Shown here in pieces: positions 35,034 to 43,715 of a DNA stretch of 64,000 nucleotides. The stretch lies in contig DASQAT010000054.1 in the NCBI GenBank assembly GCA_035635555.1, forward strand, positions 11,885 through 75,884, in the 5' to 3' direction. A program made the translations under genes and the position numbers. Origin of the DNA: Candidatus Dormiibacterota bacterium (lineage in GTDB: Bacteria; Acidobacteriota; Polarisedimenticolia; Gp22-AA2). Position 1 is the stretch's first letter. The number at the start of each line of letters is the position of its first letter. Under the pieces are notes generated by a model that ran no database searches, was not told the origin of the DNA, and saw nothing but the letters and a program-made list of their open reading frames with translations.

Positions 35034-36464
35034 ATGCCGCCCCGATCTTCCCCGGACGAATCGGTCAAGCGACTCCTGCCATGGCTGGTGGCGGTCGCCT
35101 TCTTCATGGAGGCGCTCGACACCACCATCCTGAACACGGCCGTGCCGACCGTCGCGGCGGCGCTCAGGGTCGTGCCGCTCAGCATGAAGTCGGTGCTGGC
35201 GAGCTACACGCTGAGCCTGGCGGTGTTCATCCCCGTCAGCGGCTGGGTGGCGGATCGGTACGGCACACGGCGGGTCTTCTCGGCCGCGATCGCCCTGTTC
35301 ACGGTCGGCTCGTTCCTCTGCGGGATCTCGACCAACATCCACGCGCTCGTCGCCTGCCGGATCCTGCAAGGGCTGGGCGGGGCGATGATGGTGCCGGTCG
35401 GCCGTCTCACGATCGTGAGGACCTTCGCCCGATCGGAGCTCGTCCGCGCCATGGCCTTCGTCGCCATACCGGGACTGATCGGTCCGCTGCTCGGACCTCT
35501 GGCCGGCGGTCTCATCGTCGGATACCTGCATTGGCGGATGGTCTTCTTCGTCAACCTGCCGATCGGCCTCCTGGGGCTCTATCTCGTCCACCGCCACCTC
35601 CCCGACTACCGAACCAAGAGCACCGACAGGCTCGATCTGATCGGGCTGATCCTGTTCGGCTCGGGGATCGGGCTCCTGTCGTACGTCCTGGAGATCTTCG
35701 GCGAGCATTCCCTGGGCGGGCGCGAGATGATCTGGCTTCTGTCGCTGTCGATCGTGCTGCTCCTGGGGTACGGGCGCCACGCGACCACGACCGAGCGCCC
35801 GCTGCTGCGGCTGGACCTGTTCCGTATCCGTACCTTCCGCAGCGCGGTCATCGGCAGCTTCATCACGCGCCTGGGGGCGGGCGGGACCCCGTTCCTGCTG
35901 CCGCTGCTCTACCAGGTGGGGCTCGGCTTCACGCCGGTCCAGTCGGGTCTGCTGATCATGCCGCAGTCCCTGGCGGCGATGAGCCTGAAGATGACGATGC
36001 CGCTCATCCTGACGCGCTTCGGCTACCGCCGGGTCCTTCTCTCGAACACGATGCTGCTCGGGCTGCTCATCGGCCTGTTTGCGACCATCGGGTTCGGCAC
36101 GCCGGTCTGGCTGATCGTGGTCCAGGCCTTCTGCTTCGGATTCATCGCGTCGCTGCAATACACCAGCATGAACACCCTGGTCTACGCCGACGTCACGGAA
36201 GGCCAGACCAGCATGGCGAGCACGATCGCCAGCACCCTGCAGCAGATGTCGATGAGCTTCGGGGTCGCCATGGCGTCGCTCGCCACGGCCCTGTTCATCC
36301 CCGATCGACTCCACACCGGCCCCGCGCAGATGATCCACGGCGTGCAGAAGGCCTTCGTCCTCCTCGGTATCCTGACGATCCTGTCCGCCGCCGTCTTCCG
36401 CGAGCTGCGACCGACCGACGGAAAGAACGTCAGCCGGCACGAGGAGCCCCTGCCGGAAGGCTGA
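35034..36464 (+). CDS. MFS transporter, DHA2 (14-TMS drug/H+ antiporter) type
   Basis: Motifs are LDTTILNTAVPTVA, SGWVADRYGTRRVF and LQGLGGAMMVPVGRL, with about 14 hydrophobic segments. Confidence 0.9.
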   Translation: MPPRSSPDESVKRLLPWLVAVAFFMEALDTTILNTAVPTVAAALRVVPLSMKSVLASYTLSLAVFIPVSGWVADRYGTRRVFSAAIALFTVGSFLCGISTNIHALVACRILQGLGGAMMVPVGRLTIVRTFARSELVRAMAFVAIPGLIGPLLGPLAGGLIVGYLHWRMVFFVNLPIGLLGLYLVHRHLPDYRTKSTDRLDLIGLILFGSGIGLLSYVLEIFGEHSLGGREMIWLLSLSIVLLLGYGRHATTTERPLLRLDLFRIRTFRSAVIGSFITRLGAGGTPFLLPLLYQVGLGFTPVQSGLLIMPQSLAAMSLKMTMPLILTRFGYRRVLLSNTMLLGLLIGLFATIGFGTPVWLIVVQAFCFGFIASLQYTSMNTLVYADVTEGQTSMASTIASTLQQMSMSFGVAMASLATALFIPDRLHTGPAQMIHGVQKAFVLLGILTILSAAVFRELRPTDGKNVSRHEEPLPEG

Positions 36465-36482
36465 GAGCGCGCGTGCCTGGTG

Positions 36483-36848
36483 CTAGGGGCAGGGTGGAGG
36501 GTCCCCCGGATTGCACATCGGCGGCGGACAGGGGAACAGCAGGTCCGTTCGGGCGATTCTCGTGGCATGCAGCAGAGGCAGCGCGCAGCTCGTGAACTCC
36601 GTGGTGCCGCGCACCGACACGATGTAGCCCACGAAACGATCCACACTCTTGTTCGGCTGGAACACGACGTAGAGAGCCGGCGCCCTCGTGCACGGGTTCA
36701 GCAGGACGTGAGTGGCCAGCGGGCACGTCGCGTCGCTGACCAGCACCCCGATGACGTCCATCCTGGGTGCGTCGGTGTCGCCGCGGAGCGGCTGGAACGC
36801 CAGAATCGCCCCCAGCGCGATGACCAGGGCAGAGATGGTCTTGTTCAT
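36483..36848 (-). CDS. small secreted cysteine/proline-rich protein
   Basis: GGAGGG precedes ATG 36848 and there is a signal peptide MNKTISALVIALGAILAF. It has six Cys and a C-terminal PCPPPMCNPGDPPPCP. It is divergent from the giant protein gene at 37047. Confidence 0.6.
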   Translation of the reverse strand: MNKTISALVIALGAILAFQPLRGDTDAPRMDVIGVLVSDATCPLATHVLLNPCTRAPALYVVFQPNKSVDRFVGYIVSVRGTTEFTSCALPLLHATRIARTDLLFPCPPPMCNPGDPPPCP

Positions 36849-37046
36849 GGTTTCCCTCCAAAGGATAGGGATCGAGGATTTCCCAGAGAGTACGCCCATC
36901 CCGGGATTCCTGCAACGGGAATGCGTCTTCGGGCCCGCGCTTCCTGCAACATTTCGGGTTGTTCCTGATCATCCCTTGGCGTATATAAGGGTCAATCGCG
37001 CCGGGCCGCGTCGGGCCCGGACCACCCGATCCGGAAGGAGCCCCGA

Positions 37047-40000
37047 ATGAAACAGATCGCTCTCCTCGCTGTCCTGGTCCTCGTGACGGTTGGCCGCGTC
37101 GAGGCTGCCTGTCCGTCCGGCGCCGCCGCGCCGATCACGAGCGGGACCGGAGCAGCCGGTCTCCCTGTCGTGTTCAGCTTCAGCGATGGTCCCATCAACG
37201 CGGCGTTCTTCCTCCTCGGCGACGGTGATCGGAACAACAGCGGCACACTTGCGACGACGGACTGGCTGGAGAGGCTCGGCGATCTCGACGGGGACGGACG
37301 GATCGAATACCGCCTGCGCGCCCCAGGCGAGGGACCGGGAGGCTGGGGGGATCCGCGCACGATCGGCTGTCCTGCGACTGCGGCGTCGCCCTATCCGCCG
37401 CTGGTGGTGATCCTCAGTCAGCCGCGGGAGGATCTCGACCGCGACGGACTGTTCGACGTCTTCGAGGACATCAATCACAATCGCCAGCTCGATTTCGGCG
37501 AGGACCGCGATTTCGACGGCCGTCTGACCGGGCCCAACGGCTGCGAGGGGGTGACGCGCGAGGACCAGGACTGCGATGGACATCTCGACGTCTTCAACGA
37601 GGATCTGAACGGCAACGGCGTTCTCGATCCCGGCGAGGACAGGGACGGAGACGGCCGATTGGACCTCGTCAACGAAGATCGGAACCATGACCAAGTCTTG
37701 AACGACCGCCCCCTTCCACAACCAAGTGACGTGATGTTCGAGGTCCTGCCGGACGGGACGCATCGACCCCTGCCGCCCTACTACCCGTACACCTCGTTCC
37801 GTCCCGCCCCGGGCGGGCTGGTCGTCGCCTCGGTCGCGTGGAACGGTTCGGCGTACGACTTCGACGCCATCAACAGCCCGGCCCGCACGATCACAGGGAC
37901 CGACGGCACCGTGTACCGCGCGATTGACGCCTCGCTGCGCGAGAACGTCTTCGGGTTCCGGGTCACGTCGGCGCGGGTCGATTACATCCAGTCCGCCGAG
38001 CGGTTCCGTCTCGAGCCGTCGGCTCCGGCCCGCGTCGATGACGCGGGGGGGCAGCGGGTCGTCTTCGACCGCTTCGCGGCGGCTCTCCAGACCATCGGAT
38101 TTCCACAGCCCAGCCAGCATTTCCTGGAGACCGGGACGACGGCGGCCGAGGTTCCGATGACGGGCGGCTTCCTGTCGGTCGCCCCTGTACCCAACGGCGT
38201 GGTCGCCTCGCTCGAGGGAGGGATTCGATCGAGCGGCTCCGATGCCTTCCTCCAGGGCCTCGCGGTGCTGCCGACCGTCCGGGTGAAGACGCTCGACCAG
38301 GACATGGACACCTGGCTGCTGCCTTACGATATCTGCCCGACCGTCCCGGCTTCGATAGTTCTGGGATTCCAGCCTGATGCGAATCTCGACGGTGTCGGGG
38401 ATGCCTGCGACCCTACGCTCGATCCGCTGGCGATCATCGATCACTCCTGGACAACTCTTGTGACTTCGGTCAATCCGGGGGAACGCAGGGGCGCGGCGGC
38501 CGCTTATGACGCGAGCCGGGGCGTGATCGTCCTGTTCGGCGGCTCGGACGACACGGCGACGTGGGAGTACGACGGCACGACCTGGACGAGCCTCCAGACA
38601 CCGTTGGCCCCGGACGCCCGCGCTGGTCACCGGATGGTCTACGACGATACGAACCGGCGTGTCCTTCTGTTCGGTGGAACCCGTTTCGCAGGCGGCGCGC
38701 TCAACGATCTCTGGCAGTACACCGCCTCGTCGTGGAGAAGAATCGACACGCCGATAGCACCGCCGCCCCAGTCCCCTGAGACCATCCTTCCCGGGGCTCC
38801 GGTCACACCGTCGTTCGGCATGACTTACGACTCGGCCCACCGACTGCTGGTCCTGTTCGGCGGCAGGGCGGATGGACGGACCTGGGTGTTCGACGACAAA
38901 CTCTGGAGAGTCGCGCCGAGCCCCCGATCGCCGCTTCCCCGCAACGAGCCGCAGATGGTTTATGACCCGGTGCGTCAGCTCACCGTTCTGCACGGCGGCA
39001 TCGACCTCTTCCAATTCGCACCCTCGCCGCGTCTGTTCAACGACACCTGGGAGTTCGACGGCGCCGTCTGGCAGCCGGTCGACGCCCAGGGGGACCTGCC
39101 TCCCAACTGGGGCGGGGCGACGGCCTACGATCCTGTCCGCCGGCGGGCGATGAACAACGGGGGGGTGTTCGAGAGGCTGATCTTGAATTGCTCTCCATTT
39201 GGAGGGTGCACCTTATTCCGCGTTTTCCAGCCCGGCACAGGAACGCGCGTTTACGACGGCACGGGCTGGTCGATCGTTCCGACGCGACCGACCGGCGATT
39301 CGGGAGAAGGGATCGCGTCCGCCTATGATGGCGCCCGCGATCGCATGTTCGTGTACGGTGGAGACAATCTGCCGGGACGGCAGGCTGAATATCTCCAGCC
39401 CGTCGACGACGACGGCGACGGGATCGAGAGCATGCGGGACAACTGCCCGCTCGCCGCGAACCCCGACCAGGCCGACGGCGACCACGACGGCTTCGGTGAT
39501 GTCTGCGACAACTGCCCCGGCGTCGCCAACCCGACGCAGCGCGATCTCGACCGCGACCATCTCGGCGATGCCTGCGACGACGACATCGATGGAGACGGCG
39601 TGGCGAACCGCGACGATGCCTGCCCGGCGTCGTACGTGGACGGCCGCCCGTCGGCATCGATCGGGGGCGGCGGCGGGCCGGACAGCGACGGCGACGGCAT
39701 CGCCGACGATTGCGACGCCTGCCCGCACGATCCCGCCAACGACGCCGATCGGGACGGGATCTGCGGCGATGTCGACAATTGCCCCACGACCTTCAACCCG
39801 CTCCAGGACGACACCAATCACGATGGCTCGGGGGACGCCTGCCAGCCGACTCTGTTCCTCGGAAACGTTCAGCAGGACGGCGGATCGACGCTCGAGGTCA
39901 TGGCCCGCGCGTTCGACCCCAACGGAGATCTTCTGTCCGGCTCGATCGAGTTCTTCGAGCATGACACGTTCACGCTGCGAACGCTCGATCCGTCCAGCCC

Positions 40001-40829
40001 GAACCCATGCGCGACCGACGCGTACCCACCGGGGACGCCGGGGGTTGGAATCGGCTATTTCGCAAATCCTGAAGGAGGCGCGGTTCTCTTCGATATCGAT
40101 TCGCAGCTGGGCGAGGCGTTCCCCGGCCTGGTGTGCAGCGACGGTCAACCGGACTACGCGACGGCCCTGGGGACCTGCAACTCTCCGTTGTCGGGTCCGC
40201 AACTCCTCCTCACTGTCTACCAGGCGCCCACGGTCATCTGCATCGGCCGTTTCGACCCGCGCACGGGGGACTTCCTCTTCGGCACGCCGCGCACCGATCT
40301 GACGGTGGTCGCCATGGACGCCCAGACGATCCAGCTCTTGAACGTACTGCGGGCGCCCTCGTGGACCATCCCCTTCTCCTCCGGCCTGCCGCAGACGAGC
40401 CCGCTCGCAAACCTCCTGCCCGGCGTCACCTATCGCATGATCATCACGGTGACCGACGGCTCGACCGTGCCGGTCACGGCGGAGGCTATCGTCCTGTATC
40501 AGGGCGAACAGCAACTGGTCATCGACGACGGCCAGCGGGTGACCGACCTCGGCGTCGACTTGAAGGGTGCGCCGGGCAAGGGCTCATGGCTCGTGAGCTG
40601 GCGCACCACGGGTGAGTTCTACGTCCGCGGGTTCAACGTCGTCGAAGTGGACAACAAGGGAAATCACGTTCGGCTGAATCCCGTGCTGATCCCCTGCCAG
40701 GAGTGCGTCACTGGACTGGGGGCCGATTACGCCACGGTCGTTCCGAAGCACAAGAGCGGTAAGAACATCTTCGTCGACATGCTGCTGACCGACGGGACGG
40801 TCCGGACCTTCGGCCCGGCCCGACCCTAG
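37047..40829 (+). CDS. giant secreted protein: acidic Ca-binding-like repeats, Kelch-like repeats, thrombospondin type-3 repeats, conserved C-terminal module
   Basis: GGAAGGAG precedes the ATG and there is a signal peptide (LLAVLVLVTVGRVEA). It has D-rich repeats (DLDRDGLFDVFEDINHN...), Kelch-like units (RRGAAAAYDASRGVIVLFGG, ARAGHRMVYDDTNRRVLLFGG, NDLWQY), then TSP3 repeats, then a module and 84-aa C-terminus shared with 14134-17979. Confidence 0.9.
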   Translation: MKQIALLAVLVLVTVGRVEAACPSGAAAPITSGTGAAGLPVVFSFSDGPINAAFFLLGDGDRNNSGTLATTDWLERLGDLDGDGRIEYRLRAPGEGPGGWGDPRTIGCPATAASPYPPLVVILSQPREDLDRDGLFDVFEDINHNRQLDFGEDRDFDGRLTGPNGCEGVTREDQDCDGHLDVFNEDLNGNGVLDPGEDRDGDGRLDLVNEDRNHDQVLNDRPLPQPSDVMFEVLPDGTHRPLPPYYPYTSFRPAPGGLVVASVAWNGSAYDFDAINSPARTITGTDGTVYRAIDASLRENVFGFRVTSARVDYIQSAERFRLEPSAPARVDDAGGQRVVFDRFAAALQTIGFPQPSQHFLETGTTAAEVPMTGGFLSVAPVPNGVVASLEGGIRSSGSDAFLQGLAVLPTVRVKTLDQDMDTWLLPYDICPTVPASIVLGFQPDANLDGVGDACDPTLDPLAIIDHSWTTLVTSVNPGERRGAAAAYDASRGVIVLFGGSDDTATWEYDGTTWTSLQTPLAPDARAGHRMVYDDTNRRVLLFGGTRFAGGALNDLWQYTASSWRRIDTPIAPPPQSPETILPGAPVTPSFGMTYDSAHRLLVLFGGRADGRTWVFDDKLWRVAPSPRSPLPRNEPQMVYDPVRQLTVLHGGIDLFQFAPSPRLFNDTWEFDGAVWQPVDAQGDLPPNWGGATAYDPVRRRAMNNGGVFERLILNCSPFGGCTLFRVFQPGTGTRVYDGTGWSIVPTRPTGDSGEGIASAYDGARDRMFVYGGDNLPGRQAEYLQPVDDDGDGIESMRDNCPLAANPDQADGDHDGFGDVCDNCPGVANPTQRDLDRDHLGDACDDDIDGDGVANRDDACPASYVDGRPSASIGGGGGPDSDGDGIADDCDACPHDPANDADRDGICGDVDNCPTTFNPLQDDTNHDGSGDACQPTLFLGNVQQDGGSTLEVMARAFDPNGDLLSGSIEFFEHDTFTLRTLDPSSPNPCATDAYPPGTPGVGIGYFANPEGGAVLFDIDSQLGEAFPGLVCSDGQPDYATALGTCNSPLSGPQLLLTVYQAPTVICIGRFDPRTGDFLFGTPRTDLTVVAMDAQTIQLLNVLRAPSWTIPFSSGLPQTSPLANLLPGVTYRMIITVTDGSTVPVTAEAIVLYQGEQQLVIDDGQRVTDLGVDLKGAPGKGSWLVSWRTTGEFYVRGFNVVEVDNKGNHVRLNPVLIPCQECVTGLGADYATVVPKHKSGKNIFVDMLLTDGTVRTFGPARP
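39402..39848 (+). repeat. thrombospondin type-3-like repeat coding region
   Basis: Units include DNCPLAANPDQADGDHDGFGDVCD, NCPGVANPTQRDLDRDHLGDACD and DNCPTTFNPLQDDTNHDGSGDACQP. Confidence 0.7.
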
Positions 40830-40846
40830 GAACGCGGGTTCCGACC

Positions 40847-41317
40847 GTGCCAGGAACCCTGTTCGATCGTGACGCACCGAAGACCGTTCGGGCGGGCGTG
40901 GTTTGCCTGTTCGCGGCGAACGTGCTCGATTTCGTCCAGTCACTCTCGAGGCAGTGGGCCGGCGGAGGGCCGGGGCCGGGCCTGTGGCAAGGCATTCTGA
41001 GACCAATCCTCGGGCTCGTCGTCGGCCTCGTCTGGGCGTGGGGCATCGGGCAGATGCTCGGTCTGTTCTATTGGTTCTGGGTCGTCCTGATGGTTCTTGC
41101 CGCCGCCCTCGTCCTGGTCATGCTCGGTCTCTCCGTTTTCGGACTCGGATCGGGCTTCGCGGGACACGAGTGGACCCCGCCCGACGTCTTAGGGTTGGTC
41201 TTGATCCTGACGGCGGTCATTCTTCTGCTGTCGAAGCCGAGCCTGCGCGCCTACCGGAGCCACGGCCGACTCGTCTGGAAGAAGCCCGCCGCCGAGCCAT
41301 CGAGCCCGGTGCGGTAG
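40847..41317 (+). CDS. hypothetical membrane protein
   Basis: A GTG start lies 18 nt after the giant gene. There are four hydrophobic segments. No family was recognised. Confidence 0.6.
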   Translation: MPGTLFDRDAPKTVRAGVVCLFAANVLDFVQSLSRQWAGGGPGPGLWQGILRPILGLVVGLVWAWGIGQMLGLFYWFWVVLMVLAAALVLVMLGLSVFGLGSGFAGHEWTPPDVLGLVLILTAVILLLSKPSLRAYRSHGRLVWKKPAAEPSSPVR

Positions 41318-41328
41318 ATCCGCCGGCG

Positions 41329-41697
41329 TCAGCACACATGCGCGTCGTCGATCGATTCGGGGGGCTTCCGGATCACCGTGATCTCCTCTTCCGTGGCGTG
41401 CAGGATCAGGTGCGGAAGCTGCGCGTACCAGACGTTCGATTTGGGGCACGCGAAGAAGAGGTAGTTGTCGCCAAGGCCGGGAGTGCGGAAGATCACCTCG
41501 TAAACGCCCTCGTCGACCTGCTCGGCCCATCCCTGCTTCTGCCTCCTGCCGGAAGACCCGAAAAGCAGGTACAGCAAAGGTCCGAGATCGGGCATCAGGC
41601 GGGCCCTCTCGGGATCGAACAGGCCGACGCGAAGCAGGAGCTGTTCTTCGACTTGTTGTCGTCTCTCGCTCTTCACCGGGACGATGTCGATGTTCAT
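41329..41697 (-). CDS. hypothetical protein
   Basis: A strong SD (AAGGAGGA) precedes the ATG at 41697. It is 122 aa with no recognised family. Confidence 0.65.
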   Translation of the reverse strand: MNIDIVPVKSERRQQVEEQLLLRVGLFDPERARLMPDLGPLLYLLFGSSGRRQKQGWAEQVDEGVYEVIFRTPGLGDNYLFFACPKSNVWYAQLPHLILHATEEEITVIRKPPESIDDAHVC

Positions 41698-41840
41698 GGC
41701 ATCCTCCTTACCTAGGTATCATCGCGCCGGGTTGTCGAGCAAGACCGATGCCAATCGGAATTCACGGGCGAAGCGGGATCGCGCGTCCGGACGGGTGAGC
41801 ACACTGTCCTCTCCAGGAGATACCCGGCGCCGAATACGGC

Positions 41841-43715
41841 ATGAAGTTGGTTCGTGATAACCTCGCGCGAGCGATGATCCGCAAGCGCGCTCGGCAAATC
41901 ACCTGGGCCCTCGGCCTGTCGGCCGTCTCGTTGCTCGGCGCAGCCTCGCACCCGGTCGCCGCGCCGGCGAATCCGCGCGACGCCGACACGGTCCTGCTGA
42001 ACGGCGCGATCCTCGTCTTCCAAGGAATCGAGCGGAACGACGGCGCGAGGCAGCCGAAGTTCGCGCAGGCCGTCGCGATCGCCGGCGGCCGGATCGTGTT
42101 CGTCGGCCCCGCTCGAAAGGCGAAGAAGTACGTCGGGTCCGCGACGCGGGTCATCGACCTCGAGGGGCGCATGGTCATGCCCGGCATCGTCGACGGGCAT
42201 TTCCACGGCACGCGCCTCACCGACTGCGAGATGGGATATGCGGGCGGGACGGTGGCGCAGGTCCTGGCGAAGCTCCAGGCCTGTCTCGACCGGCCCGATC
42301 AGGCCGCCTTCAAGGGGACCAACGTGCGGATGGCGGCGACGCACATGTTCGGCGAGGCGATCGTGCCGCCCGGGACGGCGCTGACACGCGACGATCTGGA
42401 TCGTCTGGACACGACGCGGCCCGTCACGGTCGACAACGCCGACGGACACAAGTTCTGGATGAACAGCCGAGCGATCGAAAACGCCCACATCGACAGGAAC
42501 ACGGCGACGCCGCCGGGCGGCCAGATCGGCCGCGACGCGGGCGCCAGACCGAACGGATTCTTCGCGGATCTCGACGTCGACGACTGGGGGGAGACGGCGC
42601 CCGTTTCGGAGGAGACCCGGGTCGACCTCGTGCGGCGGACGAACGCGGACGCCAATCGGATGGGGATCACGTCCGTCTTCGTGCCCGGCGGCGGCGAGGA
42701 TGAGATCGCCCGTTGGGCGAAGGTCCAGGACGAAGGGAAGATGACGGTCCGCGCCAGTCTGGGACTGTCGGCCCCGTTCGTTCACGGCAACACCGACGTC
42801 GCCGACTTGCGGAAGAAGATCGCCGCCCTGGAGGACTACAAACGGTACGCGCGCGGTCTCATCGACGTGACCAGCGTGAAGGTCTATTGCGACGGCGTGA
42901 TGGAGTACCCCGCCCTCACCGGTGCCATGCTGAAGCCGTACAACGTCAACGCCGGGACGCTCGAGACGCCGATCTGGCGCCCCGGTACCGCGAGAGGGCC
43001 GGACCCGTCCTGCTCCGACGCCAGACTGGGGTTCGTCGAGCTCGACAAGGCCGGCTGGCAGATCCACGTCCACGCGATCGGGGACCGCGCCACGCGGGAC
43101 GCCCTGGACAATTTCCAGGCGGCGCTCGAGCAGAACGGCGCGCGCGATCTGCGCCACACCATCACCCACCTCGAGGCGATCGACAGCGACGACGTGCCTC
43201 GCTTCGCCCGTCTCGGTGTGGTCGCCAGCATGTCGATGCAATGGGCCAGGCGCGACGCCTACACGGTGAACGGTACTGTGGGGTACATCGACGACGTCCT
43301 GTACCAGCGTCTTTTCCCGGCCGCGGAGATCTGGCGGACCGGCGGGATCATCGCCGGCGGCAGCGACTACCCGGTCGATCCGCTCCTCCCCTTCGTGCAG
43401 ATCGAGACGACCGTGGACCACACGGGGGAGGCCGTCCCCGGCGTCTTCCCCGGCGCGCTCAGCCCCAGGGAGGCCATCCCCGACCTGCTCGCCGTGATCA
43501 GGATGCACACGATCAACAGCGCCTACCAGATGCACCGGGAGCGGGAGTTCGGATCGATCGAGGCGGGCAAGCAGGCCGATCTGATTGTCCTGAGCCAGAA
43601 CCTGTTCGACGTTCCCACGGAGAAAATCTCGGACACGAAGGTCCTGCTGACGATGCTGGGCGGGAAGGTCGTCTACAGCAACGCCGACGCCGGCCTCGGG
43701 AGGATGACGCCATGA
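41841..43715 (+). CDS. secreted amidohydrolase (Amidohydro_3 / YtcJ-like metal-dependent hydrolase)
   Basis: After a signal peptide come RMVMPGIVDGHFHG, IHVHAIGDRA, RHTITHLE and GGSDYPVD, the metal-ligand pattern of this TIM-barrel family. Confidence 0.9.
   Translation: MKLVRDNLARAMIRKRARQITWALGLSAVSLLGAASHPVAAPANPRDADTVLLNGAILVFQGIERNDGARQPKFAQAVAIAGGRIVFVGPARKAKKYVGSATRVIDLEGRMVMPGIVDGHFHGTRLTDCEMGYAGGTVAQVLAKLQACLDRPDQAAFKGTNVRMAATHMFGEAIVPPGTALTRDDLDRLDTTRPVTVDNADGHKFWMNSRAIENAHIDRNTATPPGGQIGRDAGARPNGFFADLDVDDWGETAPVSEETRVDLVRRTNADANRMGITSVFVPGGGEDEIARWAKVQDEGKMTVRASLGLSAPFVHGNTDVADLRKKIAALEDYKRYARGLIDVTSVKVYCDGVMEYPALTGAMLKPYNVNAGTLETPIWRPGTARGPDPSCSDARLGFVELDKAGWQIHVHAIGDRATRDALDNFQAALEQNGARDLRHTITHLEAIDSDDVPRFARLGVVASMSMQWARRDAYTVNGTVGYIDDVLYQRLFPAAEIWRTGGIIAGGSDYPVDPLLPFVQIETTVDHTGEAVPGVFPGALSPREAIPDLLAVIRMHTINSAYQMHREREFGSIEAGKQADLIVLSQNLFDVPTEKISDTKVLLTMLGGKVVYSNADAGLGRMTP

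Noticed and set aside
36969-40514. Long minus-strand ORFs (36969-39014 and 39213-40514) opposite the 1260-aa protein gene.
   Set aside because: These are antisense shadow ORFs. The plus strand has a signal peptide and Kelch, TSP3 and conserved C-terminal motifs.
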